From an uncultured Candidatus Bathyarchaeia archaeon (GTDB lineage Archaea; Thermoproteota; Bathyarchaeia; Bathyarchaeales; Bathyarchaeaceae): a stretch of DNA of 64,000 nucleotides. The stretch is taken from contig CAZZLD010000002.1 of assembly GCA_964655075.1 (NCBI GenBank), forward strand, positions 99,140 to 163,139, written 5' to 3'. A model generated the notes under the pieces. The model did not search any database. It was not told the DNA's origin and saw only the letters and a list, made by a program, of their open reading frames with translations. Shown here piece by piece: positions 45,191-53,865 of the stretch; the first letter of the stretch is position 1, and each line of letters begins with the position of its first letter. Position numbers and translations under genes: made by a program.

Positions 45191-45760
45191 CTAGAGGGAA
45201 CCTTTGTAATATTGTGTGGTTGGGCATCCAACGCATTTTTTTGACTGGTATTTCTGGCAGGATCCGCAGTCGACATTGCAGGGAGTGATCGCCCTTTCCC
45301 TATGTGCGAGATACTCTCTTACAGGTAAAAAGGGGGAATAATGGATGTTGCCTACGGGATAGAACTCAGATCTGCGAATTCCCTCGTTGCTCCTCAGAGA
45401 GCACTTCTCTACAGATATACTTTCCAAGGTGCTTTGGTCCTCGGCTACTATAAGGGCAATGAGATTATATCCGCTCAGAGTGGTGAAGATGTGAACTACT
45501 CTCGGACAGTTTCTGAAGCGTTCGAGAAGATTATTCATAGCTTCGGCACTTTCAATTTCAATCATAACGATCGCCCCTGTAAGGTTTAGTGATTCCATGT
45601 TTAGTAGAGCTGAAACCTTGAGGATCCTTCGTTCTTGCAGGCCTTCAAGTCTATTCTTGATTCCCATGCTGGTGTAACCAGTGAGTTCTCCTAACTCTTT
45701 TAAGGTTGTTCGACCGTCCAGTTGGAGCTTTGATATGAGCTTCTGATCAACTTCATCCAA
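45191..45760 (-). CDS. Lrp/AsnC-family transcriptional regulator with C-terminal Cys-rich extension
   Basis: N-terminal HTH_AsnC (DEVDQKLISKLQLDGRTTLKELGELTGYTSMGIKNRL). RAM-like middle region. Tail CNVDCGSCQKYQSKKCVGCP (C-x3-C-x2-C-x8-C-x2-C). Confidence 0.75.
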   Translation of the reverse strand: MDEVDQKLISKLQLDGRTTLKELGELTGYTSMGIKNRLEGLQERRILKVSALLNMESLNLTGAIVMIEIESAEAMNNLLERFRNCPRVVHIFTTLSGYNLIALIVAEDQSTLESISVEKCSLRSNEGIRRSEFYPVGNIHYSPFLPVREYLAHRERAITPCNVDCGSCQKYQSKKCVGCPTTQYYKGSL

Positions 45761-45810
45761 ACAGTTAACCTCATTTAGTTTATTTTCTAAACATAATTAA
45801 CTACATACCT

Positions 45811-45818
45811 ATATAAAC
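45811..45818 (+). promoter_or_regulatory. Candidate TATA box (atataaac) for the KaiC-V4R gene
   Basis: Lies 29-36 nt upstream of ATG 45847 (41-48 nt upstream of the second ATG at 45859, which aligns with the paralog N-terminus MVSL[SA]QLQEVP). Consistent with a short or absent leader. Confidence 0.3.
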
Positions 45819-45846
45819 TAATAAACCAGTACTTCCTTACTTATTA

Positions 45847-47643
45847 ATGGAGTTATTGATGGTCTCTCTAAGCCAACTTCAAGAAGTACCGTTAAGGAAC
45901 ATGATCTTGCTGGTTGGTCCCCCTGGGACGGGGAAATCGGCGTTCTGCGAACAGGTCATCCTCCACAGCTTAGCTATAGACAGGTCTATCATCTATGTGA
46001 CGACCGAATACGGTCCTTCCGAGGCTGAGAGGACTTTAAGGGAGCGAGGGTTGCTGGAAGTTGAACCGGGCCTGCTGAACTTCATTGATGCATACAACGA
46101 AACGGTGGGGCTTCCAGTCCCGGATCGCCCTGACACTGCTCGCGCAGACTGCGACGACCTTTCCAGCATAGGCGTTGCGATCTCCAAGACGAGTGATCGA
46201 ATAGGGAGAAAAGGTGTTCTGTTAGTCTTCGATTCCCTAACTTCTCCCTACCTGTTCAGCGGCTCCGAGGTCCTGAAGTTCATGAAGAGAACCCTCTCGA
46301 GGTTTGCTGCTGAGGGAAACAGCGTTTTAGCATGTTTTGATAAGGGTAGCGGCAAGGAAGAAGACCTCGTAGCCATGATGAGCCTCTCAAACGGCGTAAT
46401 AAAGATGGAGTTAATGGAAGGAAAAACAGTGCTGAACGTTGTGAAGCACCCCAAGTTGAAGCCAGCAAGAATTGAAGCGCCTATTGAACCCAAACCCATA
46501 GGATTGGAAGAGCGTGTCTTCAATCCCGATGTGCTGGCACGGTACCTTCGGGGAGATAAAGCAGTGATGAGAAGGGAGGTCGGAGACTTCGTGAACTTGT
46601 TCTGGCCCAACTTCGCCCACTGGAGCGGGATGCTCTGGGATCCCAAACGGTTCCCCATGATGGTGTACGAGATGAATAAAGAGGACGGCCCATCCATGAT
46701 CAAGCTAATGAGGGAGAATGAAGCGGTCAAGCGCGCCATGTTTCCCTGGCACATGAGACTTCTCCTCAGGTTCATGCCGAAGAACTTCAGCAAGCCCAAA
46801 GACATGAAGAAACTGTTGAAAGGGATGGAGAAATCGCTTGGCGGCCCGAAACAGGAGCGCAGCGGCATCGTGGAATACCTTGAAGACCGCTCGAAGCCTG
46901 ATGAACACTACGGTAGGATATACGAAAGCTCTGAATGCTGGGGATTCGAAAACGTCGGCGCCACGATGGGATTCTATCTCCCGCCTGGCGTGGCAGGCAT
47001 GATGCAAGCATTTGAGAGTTGGCAGGGGCTTGAGAGGGACTGGAACGCTATTGAGACAAAGTGCATCGGTCTCGGGGACCCATACTGCGAATGCAAATTC
47101 GTGCCTGGAGAAATTGATGAGCTGAAGGATTCTCTAGAGAAAGACGTCTCGGTCATCGAAAGGATACATGAACGGTTGATGCATCATCTCATGGAGTTTC
47201 TGCTGAACGGAAAGCCTCTCTTGGAGAGACCTACGCTGGGAAGCCAAGTGAACATCCACAGGGTCTGTCACGCGATGGTTTTTCCCGCACTGGCAGGCGA
47301 GAGGTATCGAATGGTGTTGGGGATGGGGGGAGCCAGGTCAGGGAAGCAGGTCGGGGAACGCCTGTTGGAAGCGGGTTTAAAGGAAGATGAGGCTGTGAAG
47401 CGTGTTCTAGATTTCCTAAACCAATGCAAGGTTGGAAAGGCCACAGTGGATGAGACCATAAGAATAGTGGAGAACTGCGAGAGCTCGCAGACGAAGCTGT
47501 TCACGACGAAGGAGAAGGTCCCGTCATGCTATTTCACCACGGGCTTCCTCAACGGTCTATTCTCAGCGGTCAAAAATCAGCACGTTAAAGAAACGAAGTG
47601 TATCGCAATGGGTAATCCGTACTGTGAGTGGGAATTCAGATGA
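45847..47643 (+). CDS. KaiC/RecA-like ATPase fused to two V4R-type domains (paralog 1)
   Basis: 598 aa. Walker A LLVGPPGTGKSAF, Walker B LLVFDSLTSPY. Two V4R-like terminal signatures ETKCIGLGDPYCECKF and PSCYFTTGFLNGLFSAVKNQHVKETKCIAMGNPYCEWEFR. Confidence 0.75.
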   Translation: MELLMVSLSQLQEVPLRNMILLVGPPGTGKSAFCEQVILHSLAIDRSIIYVTTEYGPSEAERTLRERGLLEVEPGLLNFIDAYNETVGLPVPDRPDTARADCDDLSSIGVAISKTSDRIGRKGVLLVFDSLTSPYLFSGSEVLKFMKRTLSRFAAEGNSVLACFDKGSGKEEDLVAMMSLSNGVIKMELMEGKTVLNVVKHPKLKPARIEAPIEPKPIGLEERVFNPDVLARYLRGDKAVMRREVGDFVNLFWPNFAHWSGMLWDPKRFPMMVYEMNKEDGPSMIKLMRENEAVKRAMFPWHMRLLLRFMPKNFSKPKDMKKLLKGMEKSLGGPKQERSGIVEYLEDRSKPDEHYGRIYESSECWGFENVGATMGFYLPPGVAGMMQAFESWQGLERDWNAIETKCIGLGDPYCECKFVPGEIDELKDSLEKDVSVIERIHERLMHHLMEFLLNGKPLLERPTLGSQVNIHRVCHAMVFPALAGERYRMVLGMGGARSGKQVGERLLEAGLKEDEAVKRVLDFLNQCKVGKATVDETIRIVENCESSQTKLFTTKEKVPSCYFTTGFLNGLFSAVKNQHVKETKCIAMGNPYCEWEFR

Positions 47644-47681
47644 ATGTAATGAAAACAATTCAAAATAGGAGTTGAGGAAAG

Positions 47682-48326
47682 TTGGAGATGGATGAGATAA
47701 TTGTTGCCGGTGAACCTTGCCTCGTTATTCGCAACCCCCTGATCCCGAGAACATTACTATGCAACTCGCTGCTCCAGCCTCTACTGTCCCGGCTAAAGAG
47801 TCCCGAGGAGTTCGTGGCATTTGTGTCAGAACCGTGCGTTGCTCCTCAAGGTTTAGATGTGGTGCTAGTCACGGCTTTTTGGCCCAGATGCGTCTTCAAC
47901 CAGGTTTCAGAGGAAGCTGTCAGTAGACCCGTGCAGACCATCAAACCCCAACATCTCATGCTGGTCGAAAGGGAACTCTACATGAAGCTGACCAAGAAAA
48001 GCTGTCTCTTCGGAGACTTCCTAGATTCCCTGCTTCTACACAACGAAGATAAAAGAAAGGTTAGCGAGCTTCTAAGCAAGGTCCGCAGCTGGATAAGGAA
48101 CAACAAGTCGTACGGCCTGTTCTTCCTGACAGAGGTGAGAGGGATGGAGGACTTTATCGATCAAGCCGCCAGCATCTTCGAGATCGTTGTCAAAGCAGAA
48201 GTCGAAACAGAGCAGGATGAACCATTACTACGCTTCACCACAATGAAGCATCCCAGCATTGCTGAGATAGATAAGAAAATTGAGGTGGCATTTGAGAAAG
48301 GCCAGCCAAAACGAAGAAGAGGCTAG
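47682..48326 (+). CDS. Hypothetical protein, possibly a degenerate P-loop-less RecA/KaiC-fold paralog
   Basis: 214 aa with no Walker A. The C-terminal half (SYGLFFLTEVRGMEDFIDQAASIFEIVVKAEVETEQDEPLLRFTTMKHPS) resembles the KaiC-like core strands (..LISE.RG....GVI.L......R.L.V.K.RG). Weak, by eye only. Confidence 0.45.
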   Translation: MEMDEIIVAGEPCLVIRNPLIPRTLLCNSLLQPLLSRLKSPEEFVAFVSEPCVAPQGLDVVLVTAFWPRCVFNQVSEEAVSRPVQTIKPQHLMLVERELYMKLTKKSCLFGDFLDSLLLHNEDKRKVSELLSKVRSWIRNNKSYGLFFLTEVRGMEDFIDQAASIFEIVVKAEVETEQDEPLLRFTTMKHPSIAEIDKKIEVAFEKGQPKRRRG

Positions 48327-48330
48327 TCAC

Positions 48331-50088
48331 ATGGTTTCATTAGCTCAACTGCAGGAAGTGCCGCCAAAAAGCATGATCTTGCTGGTTGGTTCTCCAGGCT
48401 CGGGAAAGTCGACATTCTGTCAGCAAATGGTTCTCAGCAATATTGAGATGAGACCAGTCGTCTATGTGACAACCGAATTAGCTCCATCTAAAGTTAAAGA
48501 ATCACTTAGACAAAAGGGACTAGGTGAGACATCACCTCACCCAATTGGCTTCGTTGATGCATTCCACGAAACCGTTGGCCTAGCAACCGTGTCTAAACCA
48601 GACACAGTGACCGCTTCTTCTGAGGATTTGACAAGCCTAGGCATCGCCCTTTCCAAGCAACAGGAAAGGATGGGAGAAACATTTTTGTTGGTCTTCGACT
48701 CCCTGACCTCGCCCTACTTAATTGGTGGTTCAGAAATTTTGAGGTTCATGAGGACTAGCCTATTAAAGATGGCAGCTGAGGGAAACGCCGTCTTAGCCTG
48801 TGTGGATGAGGGCTGCGGCAAACCCGAGGACCTTGTGGCCATGATGAGCCTCTCAAACGGCGTAATAAAGATGGAGACGGAGGATGGAAGGAGGGTGCTG
48901 AACGTCGTGAAACATCCCATAGTAGAGCCTACAAGAGTTGAGGTTCCTGGGACCAAGATTTCGGAGAAGCTATGGGATATGCGAATGTGGGAAGAGGAGA
49001 TTATGAAGTTTCCTCTCCGTGCGATGAAGGGCGAAGCTCTAGGAACAGTTCGAAGAGAGCTTGGGAATTACGTGAACTTGTTCTGGCCTAACTTCGCCCA
49101 CTGGAGTGAGATATTATGGGACCCCAAACGGTTCCCAGAGATGGCGTATGAAATGAGCAAGAAGCACGGCGAAGGCATGAAAGAGATGATGATGTTTGCT
49201 CCCCGGCATCAGAGACTTCTCTTCCAATTACTCATGCCGAAGAGCTTCAGCAGGGTGAAAGACATGAAAAAATTGGGGGTTTCCAAGATGTTAAAAGGGA
49301 TGGGTATGGGCATCTTGGAATACGCTGAAGACGCCTCTAAGACTGACGAGCACTACTTTAGGGTATACGAGAGCGCCGAATGCTGTGGATTCGAGAACAT
49401 AGGCGCCACTATGGCTTATCTTCTCCCTCCAACCACTGCAGGCATGTTCAAAGGACTTGAGAGCTGGAAAGGGCTTGAGAGGGACTGGAATGCCGTTGAG
49501 ACTAAATGCATAGGATTAGGGGACCCCTACTGTGAATGGAAGGTGGTGCCCGGGGAAATCCCCGAGCTGCAGGATTCCTTGGAGAAAGACAGTCAGGTTA
49601 TTGATAGGATGCATGACCAGCTGATGGGGCGCCTCATGGGATTTCTACTCGAGGGCAAACCCCTTGTAGAGAGGCCTAGGTCGGGAAGCGATGTAATGTT
49701 GAGCGCTGTTCTTCACGTCATGGTTCAGCCCGCTCTGGCCGGTGAGAGGTACCGTATAGTCATGAGGATGGCTGGAGCAAAGGCGGGAAAGGAGGTGGGA
49801 GAGCATCTGATGGAAGCGGGGATAAGGGAGGATGAGGCTGTGAACCGCGTTCTAAACTTCTTAGAATACTGCAAAGTAGGAAAGATCACGATGAATGAAA
49901 CTATGAGAATGAAGGAGAGCTGTGAGAGCGTGTTTTACAGGTTTATGACGAAGAAGCGGGAGGAGCCTACCTGCTATTTCACCACCGGATTCGTTAACGG
50001 ATTCTTTTCAACTGTCAAAAACCAGCATGTCAGAGAAACTAAGTGCATAGCGATGGGCGACCCTTACTGTGAATGGGAGTTCAGATAG
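48331..50088 (+). CDS. KaiC/RecA-like ATPase fused to two V4R-type domains (paralog 2)
   Basis: Start moved from 48280 to in-frame ATG 48331 (MVSLAQLQEVP). Walker A LLVGSPGSGKSTF, Walker B LLVFDSLTSPY. ETKCIGLGDPYCEWKV and PTCYFTTGFVNGFFSTVKNQHVRETKCIAMGDPYCEWEFR. Collinear with 45847-47643. Confidence 0.75.
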   Translation: MVSLAQLQEVPPKSMILLVGSPGSGKSTFCQQMVLSNIEMRPVVYVTTELAPSKVKESLRQKGLGETSPHPIGFVDAFHETVGLATVSKPDTVTASSEDLTSLGIALSKQQERMGETFLLVFDSLTSPYLIGGSEILRFMRTSLLKMAAEGNAVLACVDEGCGKPEDLVAMMSLSNGVIKMETEDGRRVLNVVKHPIVEPTRVEVPGTKISEKLWDMRMWEEEIMKFPLRAMKGEALGTVRRELGNYVNLFWPNFAHWSEILWDPKRFPEMAYEMSKKHGEGMKEMMMFAPRHQRLLFQLLMPKSFSRVKDMKKLGVSKMLKGMGMGILEYAEDASKTDEHYFRVYESAECCGFENIGATMAYLLPPTTAGMFKGLESWKGLERDWNAVETKCIGLGDPYCEWKVVPGEIPELQDSLEKDSQVIDRMHDQLMGRLMGFLLEGKPLVERPRSGSDVMLSAVLHVMVQPALAGERYRIVMRMAGAKAGKEVGEHLMEAGIREDEAVNRVLNFLEYCKVGKITMNETMRMKESCESVFYRFMTKKREEPTCYFTTGFVNGFFSTVKNQHVRETKCIAMGDPYCEWEFR

Positions 50089-50213
50089 GTGGTGTTGAGA
50101 ACCGTGGCATGTACACAGAACTCATCATCGTTCTCTTGGCTTGTTCAGCTTCATCGATCAACAATGCGCCTTTAAAGTGTCAATTAAAAACTGATAACAG
50201 GAGGTAAGCGACA

Positions 50214-50993
50214 TTGTACAAGCTTGTGGACGCTCATGCTCATTTAGAAGAAATAAAGGACCTTGAAGCGGCGCTTGAAAGAGCTAGAGAGGCCGGGGTT
50301 TGCGCTGTTGTCACAGCTGGCTCTGACTATCAGTCGAGCAAGTGGGCTCTTCAGCTCTCTGAAAGGCGCAGCAATGTTGCTCCGAGGGTTTACGCAGTTA
50401 TTGGAGTTCATCCTTGGAACTTGAGGACCATGGAGTCCTCAAAAATTGATTCTACGCTGGAGTTCATCCGAGCGAACGTGCATAAGGCTGTGGGCGTCGG
50501 CGAGGTAGGCTTAGATTATTGGCTTAAAGAAGCGAGGAAAGATCAGAACAGAAGGGAACTGCAGAAAAGAGTGTTTAAACGCCTTTTGGAGATTGCCAAG
50601 GACTGCGAAAAACCTGTAGTAGTTCACAGTCGCGGCGCTTGGAAAGACTGCTTTGACTTGGTCAAGGAAGCCGGCGTTGAGAAAGCGATTTTCCACTGGT
50701 TCACAGGTCCTCCAGACGTGCTAGAAAGCCTTTTAGAGGAAGGCTACATGGTCTCTGCGACCCCCGCCGTGGCATACAGCAAAGAACTCCGAAGGACAAT
50801 TCAAAACATGCCTATCGAAAGAATCCTCTTGGAGACAGATTCGCCAGTGAGCTATCGAGGGAAAACAGCTGAGCCGTCTGACGTCGTGACCACTTTGAAT
50901 GAGGTTGCGATGCTTAAAGGCGCAGAAAAAGAGGATGTTGCAGATAGGACTACCAGAAACGCCGTGAACCTTTTCAGTATGCCGAGAATTTAG
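50214..50993 (+). CDS. tatD: TatD-family metal-dependent hydrolase (DNase)
   Basis: 259 aa. DAHAHL, GEVGLDYW, VVHSR, IFHWFTG, LETDSP. Confidence 0.85.
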   Translation: MYKLVDAHAHLEEIKDLEAALERAREAGVCAVVTAGSDYQSSKWALQLSERRSNVAPRVYAVIGVHPWNLRTMESSKIDSTLEFIRANVHKAVGVGEVGLDYWLKEARKDQNRRELQKRVFKRLLEIAKDCEKPVVVHSRGAWKDCFDLVKEAGVEKAIFHWFTGPPDVLESLLEEGYMVSATPAVAYSKELRRTIQNMPIERILLETDSPVSYRGKTAEPSDVVTTLNEVAMLKGAEKEDVADRTTRNAVNLFSMPRI

Positions 50994-51500
50994 CCATTTC
51001 CAATGATTGTTTCCAAAAAGTAAACCTGACGTTTATCAAAAATAGAGGCAACTCCAGCTTCCCAACGCGCGGGAAGCTATGAGTTTGATATATCCAATTA
51101 TGTTTTCAGCATGTTAAGAACATAATAATATGCGGGTTCCTTTCTTCTTGTCTCTAGGGGAATACATTTTGCCGAAAAAATTTGAAAAAATGTGGGGAAC
51201 AAGGAGTACAGGACGGTTAACGGAAGCCTTAGATAGGGCAATGAAGAGCACCGAAACAAGATTTGAGCCAAAGAATGAAGCTGTCAAGAAAATCTTAGCT
51301 GAGGCCTCTGCTGTTGCCGAACGTAAAATGAAAGAAAAATGAGCAGACGTATAATCCAAGCTGCGAGTTAAACCTTACACACAATTGAAATAGGCTTTCT
51401 TGAAGTTTGTTAAGAACATGTAACCTATAAATCGCAATAGATAGCTATCACTGCGTCTCTGTGGATTAACCGCAACAATTGTAGAGATCTCAGTTTTTCC

Positions 51501-51683
51501 TTAAATTTTCTGAGTTTTCTCTTTGAGACCTTGTATTCTCATCCGCACAGACTCTTTGATAAACTCGCTTCGGGACGTGTATCCGAGCCCCGGAGTTGCG
51601 ATAACTTCATCTACGCGGTTAAGCAGGTCTTCTGGCAACTGAACGGTTTTCCAATTCCTTGGTTTTCCTAGTGCAGTCCGCAT
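51501..51683 (-). CDS. Ribbon-helix-helix (CopG-family) DNA-binding protein
   Basis: 60 aa. KTVQLPEDLLNRVDEVIATPGLGYTSRSEFIKESVRMRI fits the RHH pattern (beta strand, helix, GY.SRSEFIR.A.R). Confidence 0.55.
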   Translation of the reverse strand: MRTALGKPRNWKTVQLPEDLLNRVDEVIATPGLGYTSRSEFIKESVRMRIQGLKEKTQKI

Positions 51684-51876
51684 ATACGATTCACTTATCC
51701 AACTGTTGGAAGAGAGAACATAGCATGTACCTTATTAAATTTTAGGTCAGAATCAATACCTATACAAAATTTTTCACCTGTAAACCCCATCTCCCGTATG
51801 TAATTAAACAGAAAAATGAAAAAATTTGACCGTAAACATTTAACATACGTTCTGTGCATCTATTTAGACGGTATAA

Positions 51877-52428
51877 ATGACCGATTTAACCACGAACCCG
51901 AAGGAAATCCTCGTCGACGACTCAGGCTGGGGAGACCTCATCCTAGGCGTGGTGATAGGCGCCTTAGCGCTGCCGTCCCACCGGTACATGGAACGCAGAA
52001 TTCCCGTTGCCTTTTTTCAGTCCCCCCGCTTTGAACGAAAAGAGTATCTGGACAAAACGGTGAGCATAATCCAAGAGGTAATTAAGGTGATGCACGCAGA
52101 CAAAACAATCCGCTTCAAAGTATGTTCCGGATACGTCTTGTCAGCAGTCCGCCGATTCCTCGAGAAACAAGGATATCAAGTGGAAAAGGTTGAGGTGACG
52201 GGGGAACTCCAGAGGAGAATTGAACAGGGGTTCGTGAACTGGTGCATCGAAGTCGGCGTACCCCAAGAAGCCCTGTTTCCTGAAAGCGGCAAAAACAGGT
52301 TCCAGTCCCTGTTCAGATGGGTGAAAGAAAACCCTAAACAACGAGAGAACCTAGTGAAAACCGGATGGAAGAGCTGGCAGAAGAAATGGCGGAAGCTAGC
52401 CTATGAAAACACGGAGCCGTCTGTATGA
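51877..52428 (+). CDS. Hypothetical protein
   Basis: 183-aa ORF with an ATG start. Its stop overlaps the next gene's start (ATGA at 52425-52428), suggesting co-translation with the MBL hydrolase. No motif recognised. Confidence 0.5.
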   Translation: MTDLTTNPKEILVDDSGWGDLILGVVIGALALPSHRYMERRIPVAFFQSPRFERKEYLDKTVSIIQEVIKVMHADKTIRFKVCSGYVLSAVRRFLEKQGYQVEKVEVTGELQRRIEQGFVNWCIEVGVPQEALFPESGKNRFQSLFRWVKENPKQRENLVKTGWKSWQKKWRKLAYENTEPSV

Positions 52429-53069
52429 TCATTAAACAGTTCACGGTTGGAATTCTCGACACAAATTGCTACCTCGTGAGCTGCTCTAAGACCCGAAATG
52501 CCCTTGTCATAGACCCCGGTTTCAACAAGAAAACCGAAGCTGAAAAAATCCTAGAGGAAATCAACCGCCACAAATTACACGTCAAATACATAGTCAACAC
52601 GCACGGGCATCCGGACCACACATCCGGCAACAGAGCCATGAAAGAGGCGACCAGCGCACCCATACTCATCCACGAAGACGACGCGGCGCTGCTCGAAGAA
52701 CCTGGGAAGAACATGTTCGCATCATGGGGCGTCACCACAGACTCTCCACCAGCCGACAGGCTTCTCCGCGACGGAGACATGGTTCAAACCGGAGAAATCC
52801 ACCTCAGAGTTCTTCACACTCCAGGACACAGCCCCGGAAGCATATGCCTGTTAGACGAAGACACCGATGTGATCTTCACAGGCGACACGCTTTTTGCCGG
52901 CTCCATCGGCAGAACAGACCTGCCCAAGTCATCTCCTGAAGCGATGACGCGTTCGCTTAAGAAACTTTTGTCCTTGCCAGACCACTTAAAAGTATATCCT
53001 GGACACTACCCAGCTTCGACTATGGGCGCGGAAAAAAGAAGCAATCCTTTCCTTCTTAATCTTGTTTAA
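52425..53069 (+). CDS. MBL-fold metallo-hydrolase (glyoxalase II-like)
   Basis: 214 aa. NTHGHPDHTSGN (HxHxDH), HTPGHSPGS, GDTLF, YPGH. Confidence 0.85.
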   Translation: MIIKQFTVGILDTNCYLVSCSKTRNALVIDPGFNKKTEAEKILEEINRHKLHVKYIVNTHGHPDHTSGNRAMKEATSAPILIHEDDAALLEEPGKNMFASWGVTTDSPPADRLLRDGDMVQTGEIHLRVLHTPGHSPGSICLLDEDTDVIFTGDTLFAGSIGRTDLPKSSPEAMTRSLKKLLSLPDHLKVYPGHYPASTMGAEKRSNPFLLNLV

Positions 53070-53086
53070 CCAAGGAATGTTTGTGC

Positions 53087-53848
53087 CTAGGTCTCCGGTT
53101 TTGCACAGAAGATGACGTGTTCCATTGGAAATTCCAATCCGTGTTCTCGGAGGTCTTTCTCCTGTTTTGTTATGAATTTTGGATCTGTTTTCCATTTTTT
53201 CAATTGCTCTACAGCGGTCTCAAAGCTGAGCCTCAGATTTGTTTCAAAATATTTCACAGTAATTTTTGTGAAACCTATTTTATGCATGAGAACAGCAACC
53301 TCGTCCGCGGAAGGTGAAAACCAGTCAGGATGTGGCGTCAATCTTTCCAAGGAATAAGCGTCTGACTCGATAAGAATCTCCTGTGCTTTGTTTCCCGGGA
53401 ATGGGCTAAGTTCAGCGTGAGCCATCTGTCCCCTCGGCTTTAAGATTCTGTAGAACTCCTTGAGAGCCTTTTCTAGACCCTGTTTGTCCAAGTCACAGAA
53501 CAATTCATTAGAAACTATCAGATCCACAGCCTCGTCATCGATGGTTTCCATATTCCTTACATCGCCCTTAACTATCTCAATGCTTTTCTCAATTTTCTTT
53601 CCTTGTATAGCTCGTTTCAAAATCTCTAAATCTCCTTCGTAAGGACCTGAAGAAATATCGAAAGCTATTATCTTGCATCTATTGCCAATCTTCTGAGCTA
53701 GGGGCATCGTTAATCGCCCACTTCCACAACCAGCCTCTAAAACCGTCGATACATGATCAACATCAATGTTTTCCATTAAAAAGTCCGCTAACCTATTATA
53801 CATGAACCTTAAAGCCGACTCTAACTCCTTCGGATTGTCAACAATCAT
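53087..53848 (-). CDS. Class I SAM-dependent methyltransferase
   Basis: Trimmed from ORF 53087-54292 to ATG 53848 (MIVDNPKE). Motif I VLEAGCGSGRLT, post-I FDIS, DLIVSNELF. The discarded N-terminal 148 codons are Arg-rich and antisense to the next gene. Confidence 0.75.
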   Translation of the reverse strand: MIVDNPKELESALRFMYNRLADFLMENIDVDHVSTVLEAGCGSGRLTMPLAQKIGNRCKIIAFDISSGPYEGDLEILKRAIQGKKIEKSIEIVKGDVRNMETIDDEAVDLIVSNELFCDLDKQGLEKALKEFYRILKPRGQMAHAELSPFPGNKAQEILIESDAYSLERLTPHPDWFSPSADEVAVLMHKIGFTKITVKYFETNLRLSFETAVEQLKKWKTDPKFITKQEKDLREHGLEFPMEHVIFCAKPET

Positions 53849-53865
53849 ATTATGACTGTCTCCTT

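Noticed and set aside
51114-51359. Overlapping opposite-strand ORFs 51130-51342 (+, 70 aa) and 51114-51359 (-, 81 aa)
   Set aside because: I cannot decide which strand, if either, is coding. Neither has a recognisable motif. Left unannotated and mentioned only in the palindrome finding.
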